Origin: an uncultured Alphaproteobacteria bacterium
GTDB taxonomy: Bacteria > Pseudomonadota > Alphaproteobacteria > Rhizobiales > Methyloligellaceae
Assembly (NCBI GenBank): GCA_963816805.1
Contig: CAWFLU010000015.1
Location: 4,758-68,757 of the forward strand
DNA: 64,000 nucleotides
Direction: 5' to 3'
Position 1 is the stretch's first letter. Each line of letters begins with the position of its first letter. The position numbers and the translations under genes are program-made. This document shows positions 10,260 to 19,831 of this stretch, one piece after another. Below the pieces are notes generated by a model. It was not told where the DNA came from. It worked only from the letters and a program-made list of their open reading frames with translations, and did not search any database.

Positions 10260-10503
10260 CGTGAACTTTGGGTCAGAAGCGGACGCAGCACCGCTCGTCG
10301 AGTACTTCTGCTTTGGTTTGCAACCCGAGTTACAGGGCGCATGCGCCAACATGAGAAGCTTAGAACTCGAAAGCCGTTGTGCGGTTATTCGCACCGCGGC
10401 TCGAACCCTCTTGGCTTCATTGGCCCCTTAGTGACCTTTGCTAGCTCGATTGGCGCGGTTGAGCTAGGCTCGGTACCTCAGAATCAGAATATGGGGGGAT
10501 TTC

Positions 10504-10770
10504 ATGGATATCGTCGGCGTGCTCGTGGCCTTAGGCATTGGCGCCATAGCTGGTTGGCTCGCAGGGCTTTTGGTTCATGGAGCGGGATTCGGGCTGCTCT
10601 GGAACATTCTGACCGGTATCGCAGGTGCCTTTATGGCAGCTCTGTTGTTCCCGAGACTTGGGCTCGGTTTGACCCTCGGCGGAGGCATTGTTGGCGCCAT
10701 TGTTACGTCCACACTTGGCGCGGTAGTCCTGCTTCTGATCGTCAATCTGATCCAACGGCTCGTCAGTTAA
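10504..10770 (+). CDS. GlsB/YeaQ/YmgE-family stress membrane protein
   Basis: Gly-rich TM repeats GIGAIAGWLAG...GIAGAFMAALLF...GAIVTSTLGAVVLLLI. GGGGGG SD. Confidence 0.85.
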   Translation: MDIVGVLVALGIGAIAGWLAGLLVHGAGFGLLWNILTGIAGAFMAALLFPRLGLGLTLGGGIVGAIVTSTLGAVVLLLIVNLIQRLVS

Positions 10771-10965
10771 GCAGCTTTCGGACGACCAAGCCCACCCCAG
10801 CAGGGGCCAGCCTGACGCACTCCAGCGGGCGGAATTAAGTGTTCGTCAGCTAAGTGCCATGAAGCGACATTGCGTGCGTCCGAAGCCCAGATTCGGACAA
10901 AAAGATGATCATGCCTTTCACGCTGAATGGTTGGCTTCATCCCTGAAATCAGAGGAGCTAATTCA

Positions 10966-11382
10966 ATGACTGCCGATCAGCTCGAAACGTTGACTCGCGC
11001 CTATATCGAGGACGTGTTCAATCGGCACGACCTGTCACGGCTCGACAAATACATGAACGCCGACATAGACTCCCACTGGCTGGGTGACCGGACCATCCAT
11101 GGTGTGCCCGCGTGGAAAGAAGCGATGGGCGGTTTCTTCGCGGCCTTTCCCGATGCTGCCTACACCTTGCAGGATATCTTCTTTGCCGGCGAGAAAGGAG
11201 TCTGGCGAGGGACCTGGCGTGGAACCCAGAGCGGGGGTTGGGAAGGATTGGCCGCCACGGGCCGTAAGGCAAGCTGGACCGTCATAATTATCGGTCGGTT
11301 CGCTAATGACAAACTGGCTGAGGACTGGGTCGAGTACGACAGGTTCAATTTGCTGAGACAACTCGATGCGGTAGCCAAATAG
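10966..11382 (+). CDS. SnoaL-like ester cyclase family protein
   Basis: YIEDVFNRHDLSRLDKYM...W...FPD...F..G..V..R....GT..G pattern of the NTF2-like/SnoaL fold. GAGGAG SD before the ATG at 10966. Confidence 0.8.
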   Translation: MTADQLETLTRAYIEDVFNRHDLSRLDKYMNADIDSHWLGDRTIHGVPAWKEAMGGFFAAFPDAAYTLQDIFFAGEKGVWRGTWRGTQSGGWEGLAATGRKASWTVIIIGRFANDKLAEDWVEYDRFNLLRQLDAVAK

Positions 11383-11618
11383 GCATTCCGCAAATCTTCG
11401 CGTCTCAACGGTCCGCTTGGGTCAAAAGCTGACATTCGCTCGATCAGCTTCGGTGTCGCTAAGTGCCAGCTTCCAAGGATGACGATTGCCCCGCTGCCGT
11501 TGGATGACGCCGAGAGTGGCAAAGGGCCTCCGAATAAGGTCTAGACGCCGAACGTTGGACGCAAGAAAATGACCCCCGTCAAAGACCACGCCGACCATTT
11601 GTCCACCGCGGGTGACCA

Positions 11619-12074
11619 ATGCCGACACTCTTTATTAACGCCCAAGAGCAGCAGTTCGACGTTCCCGATGACATGCCGCTCCTATGGGTGTTGCGCGACC
11701 TCGCCGGGCTGACAGGAACGAAGTTCGGTTGCGGGGTCGCGCTATGCGGAGCCTGCACCGTACATCTCGACGGCCGCCCGATTCGATCCTGCATCACGCC
11801 TGTGGCTAATGTCGTCGGAAAGAAGATCACGACCGTGGAGGCGATCGCCGAAACCGAAAGCGGGGCGAAGATTCAGCGGGCTTGGCTCAACATCGAAGTC
11901 GTACAATGCGGCTACTGCCAGTCGGGTCAGATCATGTCTGCGGCGGCTCTTCTCGAGAGCAATCCCAACCCTACCGATGCCGACATCGACTCAGCCATGT
12001 CAGGCAACATCTGCCGTTGTGGCACGTACCCGCGTATTCGCGCAGCTATCAAACAAGCATCTCAATCCGCTTGA
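11619..12074 (+). CDS. (2Fe-2S)-binding small subunit of a molybdopterin oxidoreductase (IorA / aldehyde-oxidase type)
   Basis: Two cluster motifs: [12 protein letters not shown] and [10 protein letters not shown]...CRCGTY. Confidence 0.93.
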   Translation: MPTLFINAQEQQFDVPDDMPLLWVLRDLAGLTGTKFGCGVALCGACTVHLDGRPIRSCITPVANVVGKKITTVEAIAETESGAKIQRAWLNIEVVQCGYCQSGQIMSAAALLESNPNPTDADIDSAMSGNICRCGTYPRIRAAIKQASQSA

Positions 12075-12090
12075 GGCGAAAATCTGGGCA

Positions 12091-14262
12091 ATGCTGAAAC
12101 CGGTCGACGACGATAGAAAGGAAGAGCGGGGCCTTTCGCGCCGGACATTTCTTGTCACGACGGCTGCTGCCGGCGGTGGGTTATTGCTCGGCGTCTGCCT
12201 CCCTCGAACGATCGGGGCCTACGCGCAAGCTTCGGACGAGACCTTAGCCCCCAACGCCTTCGTACGCATCCGGCCCGACGACACAATCACGCTCGTCATG
12301 CCGCAGGTCGAGATGGGGCAGGGCACCTATACCTCGATGTCGATGCTAATCGCTGAGGAGCTCGAGGTCGATCTCGCCAAGGTGGGCGTCGAGGCAGCAC
12401 CTGCCGACAACAAGCTCTATGCCAATCCACTCATCGGATTCCAAGTTACTGGCGGTTCGACCTCAGTGATGGGTTACTGGGAGCCGTTGCGGCGCGCGGG
12501 CGCCACCGCCCGCGTCATGCTGATCGAAGCGGCAGCAACTCAATGGAATGTGGATGCGACCTCATGCCATGCCGAAAAGGGCGCGGTGATCTCGCCGACC
12601 GGGCAAACGATCAATTACGGAGCTCTGGTCGATGCGGCGGCGAAACTGCCAGTGCCCGACAAGGTCGTACTCAAGGATCCCAAGGACTTCACTCTCATCG
12701 GAACGCCGGCCAAACGACTCGACACGCCGGAAAAAGTGAACGGCAAGGCCAAGTACGGCATCGACGCTATGATCCCAGGCATGAAATTCGCGACCGTAGC
12801 GGCATGTCCCGTCTTTGGCGGAAAGCTCGCGAGCGTCGACGAAAGCAAAGCAATGGCGATCAAGGGCGTGAGCCAGGTCGTTAAGATCGGCGACGCTGTT
12901 GCTGTAGTAGGCGCTGATATGTGGGCTGCGATGCGGGGGCTCGCTGTGCTCGACATTGGTTGGGACGAGGGTCCAAACGCGAAGCTCTCCACCGCCGACA
13001 TTGTTCGCCAAATGGACGTCGCGTCACAGAGTTCAGGCGTCGTCGTGAAGAAAGAGGGCGATTTCGGCAATGCCCTGCCTGGCGCCGCCCAGAAGGTAGA
13101 GGCTGTGTACGAGGTTCCATTCCTGGCACATGCCGCGATGGAGCCGATGAACTGCACCGTGCACGTGCGCGCAGATGGTTGCGACATCTGGGTAGGAAAT
13201 CAGGTGGTCAGCCGCGCTCAAGCCACTGCCGCGCAGGTCACCGGGCTGCCGGCGGAGAAGATCCTCGTGCACAATCATTTGCTCGGCGGCGGGTTCGGCC
13301 GGCGGCTAGAAGTGGACTACATCACCCAGGCAGTGGCGATCGCCAAACAGGTTGAAGGCCCGGTAAAGGTCGTGTGGAGTCGGGAGGAAGACATCCAGCA
13401 CGACGTCTACAAGCCCTATTTTTTGGACCGGCTCACCGCAGGGCTAGATGCCGACGGGAAGCCGATCGCCTGGCACGATCGTATCACGGGTTCATCTGTC
13501 TTTGCCCGGTGGGTGCCACCAGCCTTCAAGAATGGGTATGACAACGACACTGTTGAGGGCGCCGAGCCGCCTTATGATCTGCCGAACTTCCTCTTGGAGT
13601 ACGTTCGATACGAGCCGCCAGGCCTCACGACGGGCAATTGGCGCGGCGTCGGCCCCACGCATAATGTCTTCGTCGTCGAGAGCTTCGTCGACGAGCTGGC
13701 TTCAGCGGCGAAGAAAGATTCCATCCAATTTCGCCGCTCATTGCTCGGCAAATCGCCGCGCCTTCTCGGCGTGCTCAATCTCGCCGCCGAGAAGGCGGGA
13801 TGGGGTACGCCCCTTCCCGAGGGCGTAGGGCGCGGCGTCTCGGTGCAATTCGTCATGGGCACCTACCTTTCCCAAATCGCCGAAGTCGAGGTGACCAAGG
13901 AGGGCGAGGTCAGAGTCCGGCGCGTGGTTTGCGCCGTCGATTGCGGGCAGATCGTCAACCCCGACACCATCGTGGCGCAGATCGAGGGCGGAATCATCTT
14001 CGGCATCAGCGCCGTGCTGTGGGGCGAGATCACTCTCAAGGACGGCCGCGTTGAGCAAAATAATTTCAATGACTATCGGGTCCTGCGCATCAACGAAACG
14101 CCGACGATCGAAGTGCACCTCGTGAAGAACGGCGAAGCCCCGGGCGGCATCGGCGAGCCGGGGACGATAGGCATCGCGCCGGCGATGGCCAACGCCATCT
14201 TTGCCGCGACCGGAAAGCGCATCCGTAAGCTTCCCATCAAGGATCAACTGCGCCCCGCTTAG
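12091..14262 (+). CDS. Molybdopterin-binding large subunit (IorB / xanthine dehydrogenase family), Tat-exported
   Basis: Twin-arginine leader SRRTFLVTTAAAGGGLLLG right after the ATG at 12091. Family conservation runs through the C-terminus (GEPGTIGIAPA). The ORF-track start at 11809 overlaps the upstream gene. Confidence 0.93.
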   Translation: MLKPVDDDRKEERGLSRRTFLVTTAAAGGGLLLGVCLPRTIGAYAQASDETLAPNAFVRIRPDDTITLVMPQVEMGQGTYTSMSMLIAEELEVDLAKVGVEAAPADNKLYANPLIGFQVTGGSTSVMGYWEPLRRAGATARVMLIEAAATQWNVDATSCHAEKGAVISPTGQTINYGALVDAAAKLPVPDKVVLKDPKDFTLIGTPAKRLDTPEKVNGKAKYGIDAMIPGMKFATVAACPVFGGKLASVDESKAMAIKGVSQVVKIGDAVAVVGADMWAAMRGLAVLDIGWDEGPNAKLSTADIVRQMDVASQSSGVVVKKEGDFGNALPGAAQKVEAVYEVPFLAHAAMEPMNCTVHVRADGCDIWVGNQVVSRAQATAAQVTGLPAEKILVHNHLLGGGFGRRLEVDYITQAVAIAKQVEGPVKVVWSREEDIQHDVYKPYFLDRLTAGLDADGKPIAWHDRITGSSVFARWVPPAFKNGYDNDTVEGAEPPYDLPNFLLEYVRYEPPGLTTGNWRGVGPTHNVFVVESFVDELASAAKKDSIQFRRSLLGKSPRLLGVLNLAAEKAGWGTPLPEGVGRGVSVQFVMGTYLSQIAEVEVTKEGEVRVRRVVCAVDCGQIVNPDTIVAQIEGGIIFGISAVLWGEITLKDGRVEQNNFNDYRVLRINETPTIEVHLVKNGEAPGGIGEPGTIGIAPAMANAIFAATGKRIRKLPIKDQLRPA

Positions 14263-14320
14263 GGTTTTGGACGAAGGCCGCCATGCTGGACACCCCAGGA
14301 CACAGCAACCGGGAGCCAAA

Positions 14321-15671
14321 ATGAGGCGCCTCAAAAAACTCGCTCCCCTGGTGATCGTCCTCTTGGCGGTCGTGGCGGGCGCATGGTGGGCTCTTCGCGC
14401 CGGCGATCCCTCCGGCTTTGCCAAAGGCAAGCGGGTCGAGCTTGCGGAGTTTAAAGGACCTGATCCGACCGGCGCTCCCCCAAGCCTCGCCAGCGCCGAT
14501 TTGGTGGCGCGTGGCGAATATCTGACCCGTGCAGCGGATTGCGCGGCCTGCCACACCGCGCCTGGAGGCAAGCCTTTTGCCGGTGGCTTGCCCTTCAAGC
14601 TGCCCATGATCGGCACGATCTACTCGACCAACATCACTCCAGACCCTGAGACGGGCATCGGGGCGTGGAGCGACAAGGAATTCCTGAGGGCTCTGCATCA
14701 GGGAATCGGCAAGGGCGGCAAGCACCTTTATCCCGCGTTTCCCTATACGTCCTATGCGCTGATGACCGACAACGACGTGCTCGCCATCAAGGCTTACCTC
14801 CGGACGCTCAAGCCGGTGAAATATACGCCCCCGCCCAACGAGGTCTCCTTCCCGTTCAATCAGCGCTATCTGATGATGTTCTGGAACGCTGTTGTTCAAG
14901 CCGTCGCATCACTTCCGGCCGAACGAAGATCAACCGGCAGAGTGGAATCGCGGCGCCTATCTTGTCGAGGCGCTCGGCCATTGCGGCGATTGCCACACAC
15001 CGCGCAATCTCCTGTTCGCCGTGAACAACAACCGGAAGTTCGCCGGCGCCATGATTCAAGGCTGGAAGGCTTACAACATCACCCCTGATCACGACTGGGG
15101 CATCGGCAGCTGGTCCGACGAGCAGCTCGAGGGCTATTTGTCGGCGGGCCATGCCGAGGGCAGGGGGTCTGCCGGAGGTCCGATGTCTGAGGTCATAGAT
15201 AACAGTCTGCGCTACCTGACCGCGCCCGACATCAAAGCGATCACGGCCTATTTGAAGAGCGTGCCTGCCAATGGCAACGGGACTGATGTCGCCGCGGCGC
15301 CAACCCCAGCAAAGGCGCGAGAGGTTGCCGAGCAGCCGGCCTCGCCTGAGACTAGCGGACCTGGCCTGCACGTTTTCGAAGGAGCCTGCATCGGATGTCA
15401 CCGGTTCGATGGAAAGGGTGCAGTCTCCAATTACGCATCGCTCATAGGCGGCAGGACCGCAAACGACCCCGCGGGCACCAATGCTACCCAAGCCCTCATT
15501 GGTGGGACGCATCTTCGCATCGGGAAAACCGCCAGCTTCATGCCCGACTTCGGTAATGGCTATTCGGACCATGAGATCGCTGCGGTAGTCAATTATCTGA
15601 CTGGGCAATTCGGAGCACGCGCCTCTACGCTCAGCCCGCAAGAAGTAGCAAAACAGCGCCGGGCAGACTGA
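14321..15671 (+). pseudogene. Tri-haem cytochrome c subunit of the oxidoreductase, split by a +1 frameshift near 14891-14896
   Basis: Three CxxCH motifs (CAACH, CGDCH, CIGCH) are spread over two overlapping ORFs. The protein reads ...FPFNQRYLMMFWNAV | FKPSHHFRPNEDQPAEWNRGAYLVEALGHCGDCHTPR only if one base is skipped. Confidence 0.85.
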
Positions 15672-15844
15672 AAACGCGGATGGACTAACGCGGCGCGTTA
15701 ATCAAACCTGAACGCGGGCTCGACGACGCGCTCATAATCCGGCGGTCGAGAAGGCTGCGCCCACGACGGGCAAACAAGCCGCGGGAACGACCGGGCGGCA
15801 AACGGAGATGTTCATCAGGCTGTCATATTAATACACACGCGATA

Positions 15845-16405
15845 ATGATCGGCGATGTCTGCGGCAAGGGGATACCTGCGAGCCTTTTTATGGCAGTGGT
15901 GGTAACAGTTTTGCGGACGGCCGCGCGTGAAGAACCGGATGCGGCTTCCACGATAGCCCGTGCAAATACCGTATTGTGCCGTGACAATGCGGCATCCTTG
16001 TTCGCTACCGCTTTCTACGCCGTGCTGGACTTGCGCAGCGGAGCTCTCCAGTATTGCAATTGCGGTCACAACGCGCCGGTCCTTATCCCCGCTTCCGGTG
16101 AGCCCAGAAGGCTTCTTTCCACCGGTCTTCCACTTGCCCTGTTTGCTGATCGTCCCGCTACTGCGTCGTCGATCCAACTAAATCCAGGCGACAATCTTGT
16201 TCTATTCACCGACGGGGTCACAGAAGCAATCAATCCATTGAAAGAAGAGTTCGGCGATTCCCTGTTACTCGAAACGCTGCTACGCGACCAAAATTTGACA
16301 ACGACTGCACTCGTTTCGCAGCTGTTTACAGCCGTAGACGATTTCGCACTGGGAGAGGAGCAGGCCGATGATATCGCATGCGTCGTGGTCAGGCGCCGGC
16401 GTTAG
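15845..16405 (+). CDS. PP2C / SpoIIE-type phosphatase domain, N-terminally truncated
   Basis: Starts at the conserved IGDVCGKG motif and ends with DDIACVVV. The first metal-binding GGDxxD block and any sensor domain are missing. Only 173 nt separate it from the upstream gene. Confidence 0.75.
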   Translation: MIGDVCGKGIPASLFMAVVVTVLRTAAREEPDAASTIARANTVLCRDNAASLFATAFYAVLDLRSGALQYCNCGHNAPVLIPASGEPRRLLSTGLPLALFADRPATASSIQLNPGDNLVLFTDGVTEAINPLKEEFGDSLLLETLLRDQNLTTTALVSQLFTAVDDFALGEEQADDIACVVVRRRR

Positions 16406-16469
16406 TTGGGTTCAAGGTACCGCCGCAAAAACCAGCGCTTTGGGAGAAGGTTACCGGGAGACTTCAAAA

Positions 16470-16871
16470 GTGAGGATACCGACAGAAGCCGATTGGATCC
16501 TTAAGGTGATGGTCGCGATGGCCGCGGCGGATGGAAGGCTGGATGCCCGCGAGGTGGGTTTGATTCAGAAGGTCTATAAGGACTGGCTCGGCCGTTCCGT
16601 GGACGTGAGCGGCGTGGTGCTGGCAGCGCAGGCGTACGCCACCAAGCGAGACGTTTTGGTAGAGCTCTCTTTGGCTGCAGGAAGCATGAGCCGAGAGACC
16701 AAGGAAGAGATCATCCGCGCCGCATATCTTACGCTGCTCGCCGATAAGCGCATCGCCACGGAAGAGCGGAAAAAACTCAAAAATGTCGCCATCGCGCTGC
16801 AAATTCCCGAGGATCAATTCGACGCGATCCTACGAGCAATTGAACATACGTTAGGTGGAGAGCCTTCGTAA
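16470..16871 (+). CDS. TerB-like (tellurite-resistance TerB / DjlA N-terminal type) domain protein
   Basis: MVAMAAADGRLDAREVGLIQKV... and ...LADKRIATEERKKLKNVAIALQI are paired TerB-type helices. The start is uncertain: GTG 16470 with GGGAGA upstream, ATG 16368 (overlaps the previous gene) or ATG 16509. Confidence 0.7.
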   Translation: MRIPTEADWILKVMVAMAAADGRLDAREVGLIQKVYKDWLGRSVDVSGVVLAAQAYATKRDVLVELSLAAGSMSRETKEEIIRAAYLTLLADKRIATEERKKLKNVAIALQIPEDQFDAILRAIEHTLGGEPS

Positions 16872-17040
16872 CGCATATGTGTGAAGAAATCGACCTCGGT
16901 AACGCATCCGTTGTACACAACGGGAGGTGAGCGCAAGTCGCGGACTCTCACAGCAACTTCCGGCCTGCTCTCGGCACCCTGCCATGGTCCTTCGCCATTT
17001 GTTTTCGATGTTGGCAACTGAGTTCACGTACCTGCGCGAC

Positions 17041-17790
17041 CTATGCCTCGCGGCGATAGTCAAAAATAACACGCCCATAGGGTAGCGTCAGATCAGCCAC
17101 GAAATGGTGAGCGACGATGATCTTCTTCACCGGGAGATCGGCGACCGGCGCGTTGACATGCGGCACGAGATGCAGTCGCCCCGGGCCGATCCACGATCCC
17201 TTCACCGTGATCTCGGTGAGATTATAGGCCACCAGCTGGCAGATCTCGGGAGAGCCGTCGACGCCTGGGATCAGCTTCAGATTGACCTGCGTCTTTGACA
17301 GAGTGGCCCGCGTCCGCTCGCCGTTCCCAGCCATCGCCTCGTGCTTGTAGCCCATGGTGCCCATCGCCACGAGCTGGCCGCCATAGTCGAGCGTGCCGGT
17401 CAGAGTGTCCTTGACGATCTCGAGCTTGGGGTGGGCGTATTTCTTTGGGAAGCCCCAGATTTCGCGCCCCGCAACGATCGGCGGATCGTCGTCGAGATAC
17501 ATTTGCGAGATGAAACCGACTTCCTCGTCGCCGAACCGGCACGGGATCACGATTCCCAACTCGGTATAGCTGCCAAAGCCTGAACTGTCAGGCATCTTGA
17601 TCCACTCGTAGTGGACGAGCGATTGCTCAATCGGCTCGAGCGGCTCGGGCAGCTGCGCGCGGATGGCCTGAGCATCGGTCTCGTAGGTGATGACCATGTA
17701 TTCGCGGTTGACGAAGCGATAGGGCCCCGCCGGGTAACTCGGCCCCGCTGCCGGCATCGACGGCAGCTTCAGCACGTCCTCTTTGCGCAT
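17041..17790 (-). CDS. adc: Acetoacetate decarboxylase
   Basis: Full-length match to the Adc family, e.g. PAGPSYPAGPYRFVNREYMVITYETD and AGREIWGFPKK (the catalytic Lys region). Confidence 0.93.
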   Translation of the reverse strand: MRKEDVLKLPSMPAAGPSYPAGPYRFVNREYMVITYETDAQAIRAQLPEPLEPIEQSLVHYEWIKMPDSSGFGSYTELGIVIPCRFGDEEVGFISQMYLDDDPPIVAGREIWGFPKKYAHPKLEIVKDTLTGTLDYGGQLVAMGTMGYKHEAMAGNGERTRATLSKTQVNLKLIPGVDGSPEICQLVAYNLTEITVKGSWIGPGRLHLVPHVNAPVADLPVKKIIVAHHFVADLTLPYGRVIFDYRREA

Positions 17791-17799
17791 GAGAAACTC

Positions 17800-17934
17800 C
17801 TAATGCGCCGTCCAGCCGCCATCTATAGGCAGCATTGCGCCGGTGATAGAAGCTGCGTCTTCGGAGCAAAGGAAGCGGCAACCTGTGAAACTTCCACGAA
17901 TTTCTTGGTCGACTGCGCGGCGAGGAGGTTTCTG
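17800..17934 (-). pseudogene. C-terminal remnant (about 45 aa) of a short-chain dehydrogenase (3-hydroxybutyrate dehydrogenase-like)
   Basis: QKPPRRAVDQEIRGSFTGCRFLCSEDAASITGAMLPIDGGWTAH matches the SDR C-terminus (FL.S..AS.ITG....DGGWTA). No Rossmann or catalytic part lies upstream. Confidence 0.65.
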
Positions 17935-17974
17935 CAAGGGGGGGCGCTCTCGGTGCGTACCAGGCCGGTGTCTA

Positions 17975-18429
17975 TCAAACAATGCACGAAGCAAATATCC
18001 TGCTCGACTTTTCAAGAGCATGTATGTCCCATCGGTTTAATGACCGGAAATCGATCTCAGTAAGACCTTTATGTCTCTCGCCGCTGGGCCTCCTCCAGGA
18101 AGCGGATAGGTCACTATTGCCTTCATCACGAGCCACATGGGCGATAGCTTCGGCCACGACACCAGTTTTGACGAGGATGTTAAAGCGAATGTTACGTCTT
18201 CGCATTTTTAAACCGCCTGTTCGAGAGCCCCAGCCGATGCCCGCGAAGCCGTGTCCTGCCAATCGCTCCCCATTGCTGCGCTAGTAGCCTCCGTGGCGCT
18301 AATGGTCTGTACGTTGAGCGGCAAAAGAGAGGCGCCGGGATGTTGACGCGCCATCTCGATAGCGAAGTCGAGTGCACGAAGCGACGCGGGAGAGCCATCA
18401 ACCGGGATCAAGACTTTTGACGGAGACAT
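17975..18429 (-). pseudogene. Universal stress protein (UspA family), interrupted by a frameshift in 18208-18262
   Basis: N-terminal half KVLIPVDGSPASLRALDFAIEMAR...LLPLNVQ is in one frame. C-terminal half ...FNILVKTGVVAEAIAHVARDEG... is in another. Combined length is about 151 aa, typical for Usp. Confidence 0.7.
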
Positions 18430-18979
18430 CGATGAATCTCCTGTTCGATGCGCGATTTGAGATGGTGCAATCGTTAAGAAGGCCAGCAGAGGACAATCAA
18501 GCGACCGCCACGAGGTATCTAGAATATTGGCTGCGACGAGTGAGCAGGCGGCCGTCGCAATCCCTAAATTGCTCGAGCGCAGGCCAAGAGTCTATCGGTT
18601 ATGTTGGAGCGACTGACGACACGTGCACAAGGGGGGCGGGATAGGATTTGAGATGGCAGCTTGGCTCTTTGAACTGCGAGTGGTTTGGATGGCTGTCGTT
18701 ATTTTCGTTGCCACACTAGAATGAGAAATGCCCCAGTGTGTCCAGGCACCGGGGCATTTCTTCGGGGGATTCGAAGGGAAGACCGACACATAGCGCCGGA
18801 CTGTGACAGTTGTATAACTGTGACGGTTTTACGACGGTTGCCTGGAGCCCGGTGAATTGCTCTCCGGTACGAGGGACGCTCGCTTCCAGGAGAGTTGGCG
18901 GATGGCATGCGCCGAGAGTTTCGCTCCGGCCCTCGATCCGGCGCCGGACGCCGCGGTTCTTGCAGCCGAATAGCGTCGC

Positions 18980-19450
18980 TCAATCCAGCCGCTGCTTCGT
19001 CGTGAAGCCGCTCACCTTATCCCACTCGGCAGGCGTCATTTTTCTCACGGTGACGCTGAAAGTCCAAATGTGGCCCTCTGGATCCCGGGCACGATAGGAG
19101 CGGTCGCCATAGAACTGCATCTCAGGTTCCATAATGACTTCTGCCCCGGCAGCGCGTGCGCGCTCGCAGTGAGCGTCCAAATCTTCACTCTCAGCCAGTT
19201 GGACATGAATTGACTGGGAATTTATTCCCCCGATCGATCTAGGGCTCTTGTGGACGGCACTCCACTCGTTACCAACCATGACAACCGAGTTCCCGTAAGT
19301 CATTTCCGAGTGGCCGAGATTACCTTCGGCGTCCAGCAGGACGAATAGCGGTTCGAAACCGAAGGCCTCTTCGAGCCAGCGAAATGCGGCCTTGGCATCT
19401 TGATAACAAACAGCGCTTGAAAGCCCCTTAGGCCGATATGCTTCAGGCAT
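18980..19450 (-). CDS. VOC (glyoxalase / bleomycin-resistance, PhnB-like) family protein
   Basis: Paired beta-alpha-beta-beta-beta modules. The ...GHSEM..G...VM... and ...YGDRSYRARDPEGHIW motifs are typical of this family. Confidence 0.88.
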   Translation of the reverse strand: MPEAYRPKGLSSAVCYQDAKAAFRWLEEAFGFEPLFVLLDAEGNLGHSEMTYGNSVVMVGNEWSAVHKSPRSIGGINSQSIHVQLAESEDLDAHCERARAAGAEVIMEPEMQFYGDRSYRARDPEGHIWTFSVTVRKMTPAEWDKVSGFTTKQRLD

Positions 19451-19831
19451 TGCCGATCCCCTTCTCGGAGTAAATGTTATCTAGCAAACTGCGCCCCCAA
19501 AAAAAGCGTAGTGCCCCTTGCATTGCGCCGAAGTCTGGGCGGTGAAGCGCAGGATGCGGCGGCAAGTGAACCAGAGACGTTCGCTTTATCCCAGAAGCGG
19601 GGGACATGTTTCGTAAGATCGACGTTGGCCAAGTGCCATTTGCAGTGACGTCAAAGCGGACATGTAGACTGGTAAGCTGCCAAGTGCCAAAAGCGACGCT
19701 TGGGCCGAGGAGGCTAGAAACCGTCCGCATGTCAAGGTAGGCCTCGAGTAAGCCCCGCCCGGGGGGCCGAAGAAGAGATCGACCGGTGCGGCGGCTATCA
19801 GTTTGATCTCTAGGATAACAAGGAGAATCCG

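Noticed and set aside
11809-12090. Upstream extension of the Mo-subunit ORF, giving 817 aa in the ORF track
   Set aside because: It overlaps the 2Fe-2S subunit gene in another frame. The Tat leader (SRRTFL) follows the ATG at 12091, which is the sensible start.
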